Assembly: GCA_963693365.1 (NCBI GenBank)
Contig: CAVNZM010000008.1
Coordinates: 9,304,818 to 9,368,817, forward strand
DNA: 64,000 nt
Reading direction: 5' to 3'
Source of the DNA: Amoebidium appalachense
Taxonomy: Eukaryota > Protista > Ichthyosporea
The notes under the pieces are model-generated. The model had not been told where the DNA came from. It did not search any database and saw only the letters and a program-made list of their open reading frames with translations. Positions 1 through 13,400 of the stretch are shown here, piece after piece. Every line of letters begins with the position of its first letter. The first letter of the stretch is position 1. Both the position numbers and the translations under genes were made by a program.

Positions 1-46
1 CCTCCCCCCCCCCCCCCCCTCCCCCAAACACCACAACCACCACAGT

Positions 47-103
<57 letters not shown>

Positions 104-369
104 CACCACCCGGCTAACCCATGGCTGCAAAAACAACCCAAAGAGGCAATGCCCGAACATAGCTTGCATCCGTTTTTGCCTGATTCCTTCTTCAATGCAC
201 ACAGATCCCCAGGACTCCAACCACATAGTATCCTCGAAAACCACTCTCTCCACTTGCATCATGCGTCACAGCAGTGATGAACACAGAAACGTCAATTCCA
301 GGGAAAGTTCCGCTAGATCCAGAAATTAACCATGGAAGAGGATGGAATTGTATTAAGAAACACACTTAC

Positions 370-991
370 CAAGACCAGGTGGGACACTTGTATACAAGGA
401 AATCTCCAGCTGCCACAAACTGCGGCAGTGTTCAATAAGTATGCCGTGGAATTAGAAGGTGAGGTGAAGTTTTGAAACAACCCCCGGCAACCTGCGCTAA
501 CGTGAGAGAGATGTGCCTGACAATCATGATGGCATTTAATCCGTTATGTGTTTGGTCTCAAACCAAGAATGCTTTATATCTATACTTGGATCTTACGTGT
601 CTTAGACCCCCAAAAGGATTACGTAACAAACGGAAAGCAGTTGTAAGGGAAACACGAATGCTCGAGCGAATTTCCCGAAAAAAGGCAGACCACGAATCCC
701 TTTTTGTCTTGAGTTGCCTTAGTGCAAGAAGATGCCCAGCGCTTTATCTTCTTTATATTTTATGTGAGTGAGTGATAAAATCGTCCAGCGCCTTGTCATT
801 CGATAAACATGCCGTGTTGTCGCACACCTGCAACAAGGCTATCCATTCACCAAATGCTGCAGATGGCTTTGCCCAGAACATCAACAAGATGAACATACCT
901 CCTCAGGGGTGAGCACACCGGTTTCCTTGAACTTGGAGTTCTTCAATACAGGCATAAGAGACTCGCCCACGCTATGAAGAAAGCTCTGCAT
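370..991 (-). CDS. ATG3: Autophagy E2-like enzyme ATG3, exons 1-2 (991-899, 419-370); gene continues off the left edge
   Basis: Not in the ORF track. Manual splicing with GT-AG junctions gives MQSFLHSVGESLMPVLKNSKFKETGVLTPEE|FVAAGDFLVYKCPTWSW, the hallmark ATG3 N-terminus (SKF.ETG.LTPEEFV.AGD.LV..CPTW.W). Confidence 0.93.
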
Positions 992-2887
992 TTTCGTTGT
1001 TTAGGAGAACCCGCAACCTGTGTTTTAGCACTGACGTATGGGGGAGAGAGTGGCTCAAAAAAAAAAAGCGAACTTCCACAAGAAACCAACGCCAAAGGAC
1101 GCTGCTTGGTATATTTAGCTATTGGCAAAAACGAATCCTGCTTCTGGTTGTATCTGCGCACGTACATTAAACAAAAAATAAGGCACGGATTTGTAACGAT
1201 GTTTTAAGACGTAAAACACCAACACCGCAAAAAAAACTTTTAGAGTGGATTTTTTCTTTTCTTTCAAAGCCTTGACTCGGTCAGCTGGCGGAGGCTCGCA
1301 AAGCTGCCCTGGAATGGAAACCTTGGGTCTCCATAAATGGCTAACGAGCCATAGCACCCATTCGGCATTGAAACGGGACCCTGCATTCCATGGGTGACAC
1401 TGTGCACCAGGACAATGATGTTCAAAGCTGAGCTCTAAAAGAAAAATTACATTGTCAAGCTTTAAGATTGCATTTGAATTAGATAAGCCGTGTACCTCTC
1501 TGTAAATATATGTATATTCACATTGATTACGCATGTACACAATAAAAAGAAAGATTGACAAATGTGTGGGCGCCTGCCTACTGCCATCTCAATCTTCCAT
1601 GGGTTATTGGTGAGCTTCGTCAATGGAATGCGGTGATGGTGTAGCGTTGTTGCCGTCTTTCCAGTGGGCCCGGGAAAGGTATACCTGCGCTTGCGCGAGC
1701 ATGAGGCTCTGGTTCAGTGTCACAGAAAACGGACAACAATATCATTACACATTACAAAAAGGCTCCAAACTAAAATATAGCATCTCTTTTGATATTTCTT
1801 AAGATAACTGAATTTATTAAAAAATCTGAAGCAGCTTAGAAGGCGTTGCGCAACGAAGTAGACCTCGTGGAAGCCCACGTGCGCACCTGGTATCACAGAA
1901 AGCAGCAGCTGATTAGTTTAATATCACGAAGTTGTTTTAGACCCAGCATTGAGGGCGTGCTATAAATTGGGCATGTTCGATTTCTGTGGATCAGTTTTGG
2001 AGGTCTACAGAACGTCAATATCATTTGTGCCCAAGAGGTGAACGATGTGAGGTAATCTTGTTAAAACTTCCCGAGATTTGGAGTGTATCTGCCAGGGGCT
2101 GTGGCCGTAGCTGACACGGAGAAATTATACGTGTGCCAATAAACAGATACGCCAATGCCAACAACAGAAAGTCATCCACATTAGCACTAGTGGATTCAAC
2201 ACAACTTCGAACGGAAATTTGCATGTCAAGCTTGGCCTACATCTGGTAATGCAATCGTAAAAACGGGACTCAACATTCTTACAGCAGCACAGTGTGTCTG
2301 CGACCAGAGATAACATCAATAAGAATTCTGCAACATGGTGAGTGCCCCTTGTCTTGACTTGTTAGGGCACGGTCATCCTTGCTGCATGCATCTCTGACCT
2401 CTTTAACTCTCTCTGAGTTGTTATTCTCCTTGTGTCGTGTAGCAAGGCGCACGTTTATTTTGGTGCACTGAAGTAATACTGTTGTGGTTTTGGTTTGGCC
2501 CTGAGTTACGTTTTGGCCAACTATCAAGAGCGAACTTTTTCCCGGGTTGTATTGATCAGTGTGTTCCCAGCAAAAGGCGCACAACACGAATAGTACTTTT
2601 TTCTCCATGCTGAACCAGCGCTAATGCCACGAACAAAGGAATGGGGCATAGACAAACACCAGGGCAGACATAATATAGTCTCGGCCTGCAGTCACGTTCC
2701 ATTTTCGTTTTTGGTTTTGAAGGATTGACGTGCACACGGTGCTGGATCCCGAGCGAAAAACTGATGCTTTTTGTGAACTTTTCATCCCCGCCAGCCCGTA
2801 ACTGCCATACCCGTATCCTACACACGCCCTGGCCAGCGCCCCCCTGTCGTTACACAACATGCAGCCGTTAATGGGACTCAACATGGG

Positions 2888-4342
2888 TTGTCAAGAGGGG
2901 GATTGAACCAGGTGCTCTACAGTTCTACAACATCCCATGCTGTATCCGTTCAAGCACGCCTGTTGAACATCCGTGGATCACAGACAGTGGGTGCCACCGG
3001 TTCACAGACGAATAGCAGTAGCACATATCAACACACGGGCACATATGGCCAGCACAGACCCACTCAGAGCCAAACACAGCAAGGGCAACTAAACCAAGCA
3101 GTGAATCACGCATACCAGCCACTACAAGTAGCCGGGAATGGTTCCGTGGCGGATCAATATGGCCAACAACAACCCCGACGAACGAGTCACGAGCAACACG
3201 TAGGGGCAAGCAGTGGGAAAGGGACTAGTCACTTTCAAGCAGGGGGAGGCTATTCCTTCCAGTCGACGGCTGGGAAATTAGACAAACAGCAGCCGGCACC
3301 GATACCGACACGTCAAACGTCTGTAAACGGAAGAAGTACCTCTTCGTTGAACACGTTTTCAGCCACGTCCCTCACCGTCGGTTCATCCTCGTATTTGGGC
3401 TTTGCTGACAGCGGTGCGTACGGCAACGGTGCTTACACACCTAGCAACGCCAGCCTCAGTGGCGCCAACACACCGGTGGACACACAACATGGCTCCACGG
3501 CGAATAATTCACGGACGGCGCAGATGCTTGCACAGGGAAGACCTCTTCCCCTTGGTGTGTCGACGTCCGGGTCACTTAGTTCGTTACATCACGCTCAGAT
3601 GCGCTATTCAAGCGGCATGTGCTCTGCGTCACAGCAAGGTTCACGTGTTGCATCTACGGAACTACACCCGCACGAACAGCGGGCGGGAGCTGTGTCGGAT
3701 TTGTTGGGTGTTGGTAGCGCAAAATGGGTCAACCAGAGCTTCCAACATGTGCAAATAGCACCTCGGTTTATGTCTTTATCGCTGCCACTTCAGACACACG
3801 TGGATTTGTCTGAGCTCGGGATAACAGAGGATCTCTTGCGCGCCGTGGCAAACTACACACGACAACACTGGGACCTCTCTCGCCAGTATTCGTACGAGTT
3901 CCTATCGGGGTTTATTCGTGAGCTGTGCGAGAAGATGGAATGTGACCTCGTGGTGTGTCTAACGGGCATGGTGTACACGGATAGGCTACGCGAGAAATTC
4001 CCGGATGCGGGTGCAAATGCAGACGCAAAACGTGTTTTTGTCATGGGGATGTTGTTGGCCTCAAAGTTTCACAGCGACCGCCCATACAACAACAAGGCCT
4101 GGGCACAGGTATCGAAAATGGCGCTTCCTCTTCTCAACCGGATGGAGGCGCAGTTTTTTGAGTCCCTTGATTTTCACATGAATGTTTCTACGGCAGATTT
4201 GGCGAAAATTCTTGAATGCCTTAAAACCCCACTTCGCCCGCTCAAGGATGTTGTCCAGAAAGTGGCCGAGCTGGAAGCGGCCGCTGAAAGGATGGCCCCT
4301 TCGCGTCTTTTGTCTGAAAGTAGTGCTGTTCGTAGTGATTGA
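2888..4342 (+). CDS. Pho80/Pcl/CNPPD1-type cyclin with long Q/S/G-rich disordered N-terminus; true start uncertain
   Basis: C-terminal cyclin box: GMVYTDRL...KRVFVMGMLLASKFHSDRPYNNKAWAQVS...LNRMEAQFFESLDFHMNVS. The ORF opens at a TTG; the ATG at 2883 would join this frame if the G5 run near 2897 were G6. Confidence 0.85.
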   Translation: MSRGGLNQVLYSSTTSHAVSVQARLLNIRGSQTVGATGSQTNSSSTYQHTGTYGQHRPTQSQTQQGQLNQAVNHAYQPLQVAGNGSVADQYGQQQPRRTSHEQHVGASSGKGTSHFQAGGGYSFQSTAGKLDKQQPAPIPTRQTSVNGRSTSSLNTFSATSLTVGSSSYLGFADSGAYGNGAYTPSNASLSGANTPVDTQHGSTANNSRTAQMLAQGRPLPLGVSTSGSLSSLHHAQMRYSSGMCSASQQGSRVASTELHPHEQRAGAVSDLLGVGSAKWVNQSFQHVQIAPRFMSLSLPLQTHVDLSELGITEDLLRAVANYTRQHWDLSRQYSYEFLSGFIRELCEKMECDLVVCLTGMVYTDRLREKFPDAGANADAKRVFVMGMLLASKFHSDRPYNNKAWAQVSKMALPLLNRMEAQFFESLDFHMNVSTADLAKILECLKTPLRPLKDVVQKVAELEAAAERMAPSRLLSESSAVRSD

Positions 4343-6299
4343 AGCGATGTTGGTACGAATCCTAATGCACGTTGGTGACTCGTCAAACAAGCCGGAAAAG
4401 GAAAGTCGTGTTTGCTTGGGGCATAGTGCAAAGAGGTCCAAGTAGGTGTGGGGAATGTGTATGTATGTGTTTTGGGTAGGCGTTAACTTATACTATATAC
4501 TCTGTTGTCTGAAAACATTGGTCGGTGTACTTTAATGATCCCTTGCTCTGAAAGTTCGAAGAAGCAACCAAGACAGCAGTTCTGGCTGCTGATAACGTAT
4601 CGTACGGTGTACGTGTGTTAGGAGCAATCTTCAATTGTAGTGTTTTGTATGTAGTGCTAATGAACCGAACTTTTAGTTTGTGAAGTGAAATGGACGAATG
4701 TGTGACTTGTAGGTTTGAAAGTTTGCTGGTGTGGCACTGACGTATACATACATAGGTATACACGTTATGTTATCACTCTGTACATAATCCAACGAATTGC
4801 AACTGTGTGCGCTGAATGATCCAGCGACCAGTACAGTAATAAAGTAAATTTGAATGATGGCTCACATGGTTCACACGCTCAACTATGAGATGTTTCGATC
4901 AGTCATCGATCATGATTGAGGATGCCAAGATGGTGCTGGGAAATTTAAATCTGTGTTTTGTCCAAGTTGATATTAGCCTATTTTAATGCCATTGAAATGT
5001 ACTTGTGCACGTCGTTTTGAAGATAGCATGCTTCCCCACCCGGCACCCCGTCCCCCCCGCCCCTCCCCTCTTCCCCTCCCCGCCTTCTAACCCCCCCTCC
5101 CCCCCCCCCCTCCCCCCCCCCTCCCCCCCCCCCCCCCCCCCCCCCCTTCTTTCCCCACCTCTTCACCTTACGACTTTCTGTTGTCCGTTGGATAAGACGA
5201 CACCCGTTCTCACTGTATCAGCGTAGACACACGTTCTCATGATCACCATACCAGCACCCAAATGCACGCACCAGGCACACGTCGCACAAGTCAGACACAG
5301 TCACGCTACACACGCACACACTACAACACACAGAGACCAACGCACACACACGTCCATCACGCCACACACACACACACACACGTACGCACAAATACGTGCA
5401 CAAGCACACACACGGGTGCACACACACGCACATACACACACGCATACTTGTACACAGACACGCACATACCACACAAACCGGCCGCGCACGCACGCACGCA
5501 CGCACGCACGCACACATAAACACACACACTCACATCCAAACACATGCACTAATACACACACAAACTCACACAAGAATTGACAAACAAGTAGCTCAAAATG
5601 CATAGGGTGCACCAAGACTTTGGCTTGCATCGGCTGCACTTACACACTGTAACTACATCCGGCGTCCCAGAAGTCGTCACAAAAGCACGCGCTTCGGATC
5701 CTGCAAAGCTGAATAATCTGTGAATCATTTTACTTTAGTGGGTCTGTTAGATTTATCAATAATAATGCCTACGTATAGACCAATTTAGATTTACTACCTG
5801 AGAATCTCAATGTGTTTGCTTCGCTCTAGGGAGATCCAGCCAGCCGAACTGGCGAAATGAAGGGCTGAGTGATCGGCGGTCATATACCAAATCCTGCTTA
5901 TAATGCTTAGGGGCAAACCTACGAATCTTGAGAACTTTTCCTAGAAACTCGTATATCTTGTGAAGGGTTGATTATTTTTAAAAGCGGAAAAACCCTTTAT
6001 AATACAATTTAAAGTCAGAGAACTGGTACTTTAAACAACAACTTTGAAAGCGACAGCAGTTTAGTTCAGGCAGTTGATTTGTCGACCATACCTTCAAATC
6101 AAATAGAGAACCATGTAGATCATGATAGGCTCTTGACTGTCGGATGATCGATCGATCACATGTCGCCGCAAAACAAAACTTGAAGAGGTCCCGTCGAAGT
6201 GCGGCACACTATCTATTCTCCCACTTTCTCCTAGCCCTTTTTGCGGTCACTAAAACTCCGAGGCTTCAAGTTCGAGGCCAAACATGCACAACAAGGACA

Positions 6300-7347
6300 A
6301 GTTGAAAATGGCATTTGCCGACATTATTCTTGTGCCCCGGCTTGACGCAAGCGACATGGTTGACATAGAGTACAAGGATGATGCGCAGTTACTGAAAATC
6401 AAGCACTATTCTCACTTGGAAGTCCTGCTTACCATCTGGGAGGATACAGCACACATATACTACTAGTACGCAAACGTCACAACTGCGGAATATGAAGCTG
6501 AGTCTGCGTCAAAAGGAACTCTTTATTTTTAAACAATCAGACGTCGGACCCATAGAGTCGCTCGTGGGCATCACATCATCCTCCGTGTCACTCCCACTTC
6601 CTTCACGTTCTTCCCCTACATCTTCCCACAGCTCCTCCCCCCGTATCTCTCCTCCCACTCCTCCTCTGCGCTCACAGTTCTCCCTCGCCCTCCTGTTGTA
6701 ATCATTGATCGCTTTCGCTAACATCCTGCTCCGCATCATTGGTGGTGTTGTTCGGTTTCGTTGCGGCGCTTGTGTTCTCCAACCCATTGTTCCGTGTCTT
6801 TAGGTGTCGCTTGCACAGTCGCACCCCTCCGTGTTCGTGGCTTGGCATTTTGGCTTTGAGGCCACAAAGTTCCCCCGACTGCTTGTTTGCTTGGCAGGGA
6901 CCGATAACCAGTGCCACTAAGGCCTTTTGCTTCTTTCTTTCCTCCGCTGCCTTTGCCCGTTCCTCCTTTCTTCTGCTTGTCCTCCGTGGCACAACACGTT
7001 CCTTCTCCCTTCTGCCGTCCAAGTGCTGCTCGCTTGTTCCGATCATGCACCCCTGTTGCTTTTTCCGTTTTCGCACTATCGTGGCGTTGCTGTTTGGGTT
7101 GCGTTCCGCGAGTGGTGCTTGCTCGACCGTTTTGTGGTGTTTGCTGGGGCGTGCTGGTGGGGTCAGCTGTTTGCGCGGGGGGTTGGGTGGGGAGGCCCTG
7201 GGGGCCTGCCTGCTCGGGACGAATGTTGTGCACTGTATCGAACCACACTGTCTTGCTGTTTTGAGGGCAAAGACTTCTGCCTCCAATTCGGGTGTCGCCG
7301 GGTGTGCTCGAGGTATATTGTGCTCAGGCTGGTGCTCCAACCGTCAT
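6300..7347 (-). pseudogene. Decayed C-terminal part of a probable pogo/Tigger-like transposase (basic coiled tail, Cys/His remnants), cut by the TIR element at 7348
   Basis: ORF 6702-7340 has RKRKK..C..TSEQHL..REKER..KEERAKAAEERKKQK and C..C..CKRH. Further downstream, YVCC...HVACV..C with stops is PHD-like. Pogo DDE-type fragments lie on the other side of the insertion. Confidence 0.4.
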
Positions 7348-7783
7348 CTTCAGCAAAGATCACCCCCCATCCGAAACCTGTCCTGTACGACTTTAGGACG
7401 TCCTATCGTCGTTAATATATCTAAAAGATAGCTTAGGACGGGTTTAGGATAACCCGGAATTTCAGGATGGCAAGGCGTCTGAAACACATCCCATATATAT
7501 TAAATACGTCTGGCATGGATTCAAGACAGTGGACATCTTAAAGACGTAGTAAAGTCGTCTGACAAGATGTCATACAGACACCTGGAAGTGCACTTATACC
7601 CATCAGCACAAGTCCGGATGTCCTTAACCCCCCTTTAAATTGTCCGATGGGTTGCGGATGCATACGGGATATATTAAAGACGTCTTTCGAATTTTCTGGT
7701 CTATTACGTCTTAAAGATATCCCGGACGGATTGAGGACATATTGTTATCATCCCGGAACATGGTGTAGTTAACAGATGTCCTA

Positions 7784-9234
7784 AAGACGTCTGCACTCAT
7801 TCTACAGGATGTCTATGAGAGATACCGATACATATTATATAGATGTGTGTAAGATGCATTATACACGCAAGTAAGTTGACACAAGGCGCTCGTGGGATGG
7901 GCGTAGAGATATGTTAAAGATGTACTGCAGAGATCTTAGTACAATCTTTATCCTCTCTTAATCCCGTATGGCCATGCAACATTTGCGAAACGAACTGATT
8001 GCGTTAGGATGTCGTCAGGATATATCACAGCTAGGCAGTAGATCATCTAAGGAGATCTTTGGAGAGTTCTTTTGTAGCGCTTTTGGCCATCCCAATTATA
8101 TCTTCAAGACAGGCCATGTCTGTGCATGTGATATGCTAACGCAATCTTAGGCATGTATTGGTGATACCTTTCTGCGATCTTCACGCCCTATTTGGGGTAG
8201 CTTAAAGATGTTCAGAGTTGCAATTAGCTATTGTGTGAGGATTACTTTAGGACCTCTTTAAGACGTCTGCACTCATTCTACAGGATGTCTATGAGAGATA
8301 CCGATACATATTATATAGATGTGTGTAAGATGCATTATACACGCAAGTAAGTTGACACAAGGCGCTCGTGGGATGGGCGTAGAGATATGTTAAAGATGTA
8401 GTGCGGAGATCTTAGTACAATCTTTATCCTCTCTTAATCCCGTATGGCCATGCAACATTTGCGAAACGAACTGATTGCGTTAGGATGTGCACAGGATGTC
8501 GTCAGGATATATCACAGCTAGGCAGTAGATCATCTAAGGAGATCTTTGGAGAGTTCTTTTGTAGCGCTTTTGGCCATCCCAATTATATCTTCAAGACAGG
8601 CCATGTCTGTGCATGTGATATGCTAACGCAATCTTAGGCATGTATTGGTGATACCTTTCTGCGATCTTCACACCCTATTTGGGGTAGCTTAAAGATGTTC
8701 AGAGTTGCAATTAGCTATTGTGTGAGGATTACTTTAGGACCTCTTTAAGACGTCTGCACTCATTCTACAGGATGTCTATGAGAGATACCGATACATATTA
8801 TAGATGTGTGTAAGATGCATTATACACGCAAGTAAGTTGACACAAGGCGCTCGTGGGATGGGCGTAGAGATATGTTAAAGATGTAGTGCGGAGATCTTAG
8901 TACAATCTTTATCCTCTCTTAATCCCGTATGGCCATGCAACATTTGCGAAACGAACTGATTGCGTTAGGATGTGCACAGGATGTCGTCAGGATATATCAC
9001 AGCTAGGCAGTGGATCATCTAAGGAGATCTTTGGAGAGTTCTTTTGTAGCACTATTGGCCATCCCAATTATATCTTCAAGACAGGCCATGTCTGTGCATG
9101 TGATATGCTAACGCAATCTTAGGCAAGTATTGGTGATACCTTTCTGCGATCTTCACGCCCTATTTGGGGTAGCTTAAAGATGTTCAGAGTTGCAATTAGG
9201 TATTGTGTTAGGATTACTTTAGGACCTCTTTAAG
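7784..9234. repeat. Three near-identical tandem copies (476, 487, 485 bp) in the left subterminal region
   Basis: AAGACGTCTGCACTCATTCTACAGG restarts at 7784, 8260 and 8747; copy 1 lacks an 11-bp block (GCACAGGATGT). Confidence 0.95.
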
Positions 9235-9774
9235 GGTTTAATGGGATCGATTTGGATGATCTTTAAGTGTTCCCTGGGATACAAAAGCAAAGCACATATC
9301 GCTAACGAGCTCAGCCACGGCCTCTTTACCACCCTGTCAATGCCGATTACCCAGGACCACGTTCCGTGATGCGAGGGTTAGCTCAATATATACGGCGGGA
9401 AAAGGGATTGCGCATTTGATTGTGGGATAGATTACTCCAACGTTTTTGATTGGTTGTTTTTTAGGATCGAATTTCACACAGCATTCACAATGAAGGCGTC
9501 ACAAGGTCACGCTTTTATTGAAACATGAAACATGAAGGCGTCGCGCAGGTGCGTGCGAGATGATAGCCAATGGAAACAAAGATTTACTGGAGGAGTGCAA
9601 AACAGAATCCGAAGCACTGTTATCTTACAATCATGATCCGTATAATGTAAGTAAAACTGGGGCATTCAACTGCCAAATACAGAAGTTTTAGTTGTAATAA
9701 TATTTAAGGTACCTATAAATTAGGCGAGATACTTTGGCAAACGGTGCAATGCCTGCGCGGAGCAAGTGGCCGGT

Positions 9775-10387
9775 TGTTGTATAATATGATCGTGTGTCTG
9801 TGACAAACAATATGTTTATAAATGAACGGGGTTGACTAGACCACGCTTTGCTTAGTTACGTGCTAGTCCTACTTACACCTAGTAAGCCGAGCACACTGAG
9901 TAAGCTCTGAAGCCCCCGACATGCCCTTATAACGGAGCTCGCACAGCGGCTCAGACATGCGCATCGGTATGTGCTTTTTTGGCTACGAGAGCCAATCACA
10001 TACGGTTCACGGTTCTGTCCCATGGCTATCACGGTTCCAATAAACCTATTGAGCCAATCGGGTGACAGTACTTGATTATCGATGCATTCCACAGTCATAC
10101 CTCACGCGGCTACTTGCATATTTTCCCATGATAAAACTATAACTTAACGCTCATGGTTCCTCTGCTACGTGTCGGTCCCATGTGGCTATTATATCTGTTT
10201 TCCCATGAATAATCCTGCAAGTTGCACGTGCACATACGTTTAACTCCATGCTCATGCGCACAAGACTGGGAGGGACATGCATACTGGCCTACCTAAGATC
10301 AAACACAGTGGTATATATACATGTACACGTGTGCGTATATCTCAACCTGTGTACATCCATACTAGATATCCGGTATAATATACCACA
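9775..10387 (-). repeat. 3' LTR
   Basis: TGTTGTATAATAT...ATAATATACCACA; only one mismatch to the other LTR noticed by eye (ccacgCtttg vs ccacgAtttg). Confidence 0.97.
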
Positions 10388-10427
10388 CGCCCCACCGTAA
10401 AAAGAAGTATGTCGTCCTCGACATACG

Positions 10428-13400
10428 TCACCATGCTCCACACAATGAGTCAATGTATCCGTGGAACGATGCAAGGTCACCTCTGCGTTGGTGGAACTCT
10501 CGGATCTTGTCCGGGCAGGCTAAGTCTTTCTCAGACTCCCAAGAGGTGAATGAATCATCTTTGCCTGCCCACTTGATCTGGTACCACTTGTAAGGGGTGG
10601 ATTGCTTGCGCCGTTTCTGAATTCTTACGTCAAGCACCTTTTCCACCACCCACTCGTCCGGCAGAACCTTGTTGAAGTTGTGACTATCGCCCGTGTCCAG
10701 GAGGTGAGAGAGATCTTGAGGCCGAATTCTATTTTGCTCACTCAATTCAAGCTGAATATCGTCGACGTGCCACTTAGATTTCTTCATAGTTGCTAAGCTT
10801 CGGATCTCGTACGTAACCGGGCCGACCCTTTTGACGATTTCGTAACCCGTAATCCACCGTACATCCCAGGCACCGATATTTTTGGCTTGATTCCGAACAC
10901 GTATCCGTGCACCCTTCTCAAATTCACGAGCCACCGAGGGGCCTGGGGGCTCTCGTACGGCACGTTGCTGGACCACAGCACGGAGCAGAGGCAGACGGGC
11001 TAGTAACTCTCGCCGGTATGCCTTCCACTCTGGGTCCTTGAGTGCCGGGTGGTTACTGTTAAGAAGGGCAACGTCAGGGAATTGTGTTGCTTCTTGCCCG
11101 TACACAAGATAATACGGTGTACATTGCAAAATTTTGTGTGTTGTTGTGTTGTATGCATGTGTAACCACCGGCAACAGAGTGTCCCAATTAGTGTGCTCAT
11201 AATTAACGTACTTTGAGAGTGCATTATTAATAAATCTATGAGACCGTTCATTGGAACCGTTGCTTTGTGGGTGATATGCAGAGGTGCTCACTTGTGCAAT
11301 ATTTGCTATACGGCAAATCTCAATAATTAGCTCATTGAGAAATTCTGAACCCTGATCACTCAAGAGTGTACGAGGGGGGCCGTGTATATAGCAAATTACA
11401 TTCATGAGTGCATGTGCAACATTAACGGCATGCTTAGATTGGATGGGCACAGTGATTAAATACTTCGTTGCCATATCCATAAACACACAAATGAAAGTAT
11501 TACCATTTTTCGTTTCTGTGAACGGACCCATAAGGTCAACAGAAACACGAGAGAACATTTTTAAATTTTCGTATCTCTGTTCAAATGGCCTACTTCTCAA
11601 GTGTGGGTTATCGTTACGGCCTTGGCACTGTGTGCAGGCATTCACATAAGCAGTGATATCTTTGTGCATGCGTGGCCAATAATAATTGTATAATCTTTCG
11701 TAAGTTCGTTCAATGCCAGTATGAGCCCCCCCGTCGTGCACACTTCTTAATAAATCAGCACGAAGGATTTCGGGCACATACAGGCAACGACGACCATCCT
11801 TAGCCACATGATAAAGCACGTCATCCTCTATCACACACATTTGTGCTATTTTCTTAACCTTTTTGTATCCGAAATACTCAAGATTAAGACCGTGTGCAGC
11901 TCGTTCCCCCCCTGCCTGCCATTCCCGTTTGGCCTCGGCATCGAGGGAGGCAAGCCACCGTAGCCACGTGATTATATCCTTACACATTTTGTCCCCCCCT
12001 GTGCCATCATAATTGCTTCCTTCTGATAGCCGGCACCACCGAGTGCAGAAAGGGAGGGCAGGCCGGCTTGACTGAGTGCAGAAATTTGTGCACATTTCAA
12101 GCGGTCTGGATCGAAAATGTGTGTGAATTCGAGTGCATCGCCCCAATCAACAAACACTTCGGCTGGTTGCGAGCTAAGCTCGGATAAATCTGCTGTGAGA
12201 ACCTCTTGTAATTCCTTTTTCACATCCCACCTTTCCAGTGTTATGTTTTCGTTCTCATGCAGAATATATCCTATACGGCTTAACCCATCAGCATCGTGCA
12301 TGGTAGGGCCAGGACGGTAGTATAGATCGAAATCATACTCCTGCATTTCCAAAGCCCACCGTTGCATCCGTTCGTTTGCTATCCGTTTGACACCTTTAAG
12401 AGAAAGACAGGGCTTATGGTCACTTTCCACAATTGTATTTACTCGACCATACACGTACACCCTAAACTCTTTCAGTGCCCAATAGATTGCATGCGTTTCT
12501 CGTTCGATGTTGCTCCACCTACGTTCGGTAGGTTGAAACATCCGGGAGGCATATGCCACCGTGCGGAACTTGCCATCATTTTGTTTTTGATACAGGCAAG
12601 CCCCTTCCGAGAACCGACTAGCATCACAACGAATAAGAAACTGACCCCCCGTGGGGGAAAGATCGGGCAGGGCAAGCACTTCCTCCGATAACGCCGATTT
12701 TAAATCTTTAAAAGAGCGATCTAATTCGTCCGTCCATTTTAACCGTCGGTGTTTTTCTCCGTAACACTCGGCATTCATGGGTCGGGCTCGCTCTGCATAA
12801 TTTAAAATGTGACGGCGGAGATAGGAAGTAATACCCAGAAAACCCCGGAGTTGGTGTAGTGTGTTTGGTACCGGCCAATCTTTCACTGCCTGAACCTTTT
12901 TCGGGTCGGGCCGAATGCCATTCACACCTACAATCCAACCCAAAAACGGTATTTCCGTTAGCCCAATATATGTCTTTGCCCCATCGAGCTTAACACCATA
13001 TTCACCGAGACGGGTGAAAAGTCGGTCAAGCTTCTGTATTAATTCTGTTTCGGTGTGTGCACCCACAGCTAAATCATCGGCATATATCACCACATCATCG
13101 GCCAGCGGGGCCAAAATCTGTGTCATGATAGATGCTAGCTGGGACGGGGAAGTACTGAGCCCCTGTGGTGCCACACAATAACGATACTGCACACCAGCCA
13201 CAGAAAATCCTGTTTTTTCACGTGACTCAGCGTCTAGCAGTATTTGGTAAAAGGCACCCGACATATCAGCTTTACAGAAATACTTATACCCAGCCAACTT
13301 CTCTATTTGTTGTTGCAAGTTGGGCATGGGCCAGGCAGATTTTCGAATTTGCTTGTTAAGAGCACGAAAATCAGTCAGCAGACGGTATTTTCCGTTTGGT

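Noticed and set aside
1115-2880. Short ORFs between ATG3 and the cyclin, and others at 48800-52300 and 54500-60000
   Set aside because: No recognisable motifs or consistent splice phases; unrecognised exons or old TE fragments cannot be excluded.
9856-10098. Identical 80-aa ORF occurring twice (also 16947-17189)
   Set aside because: It is simply inside the two LTRs and has no recognisable domain.
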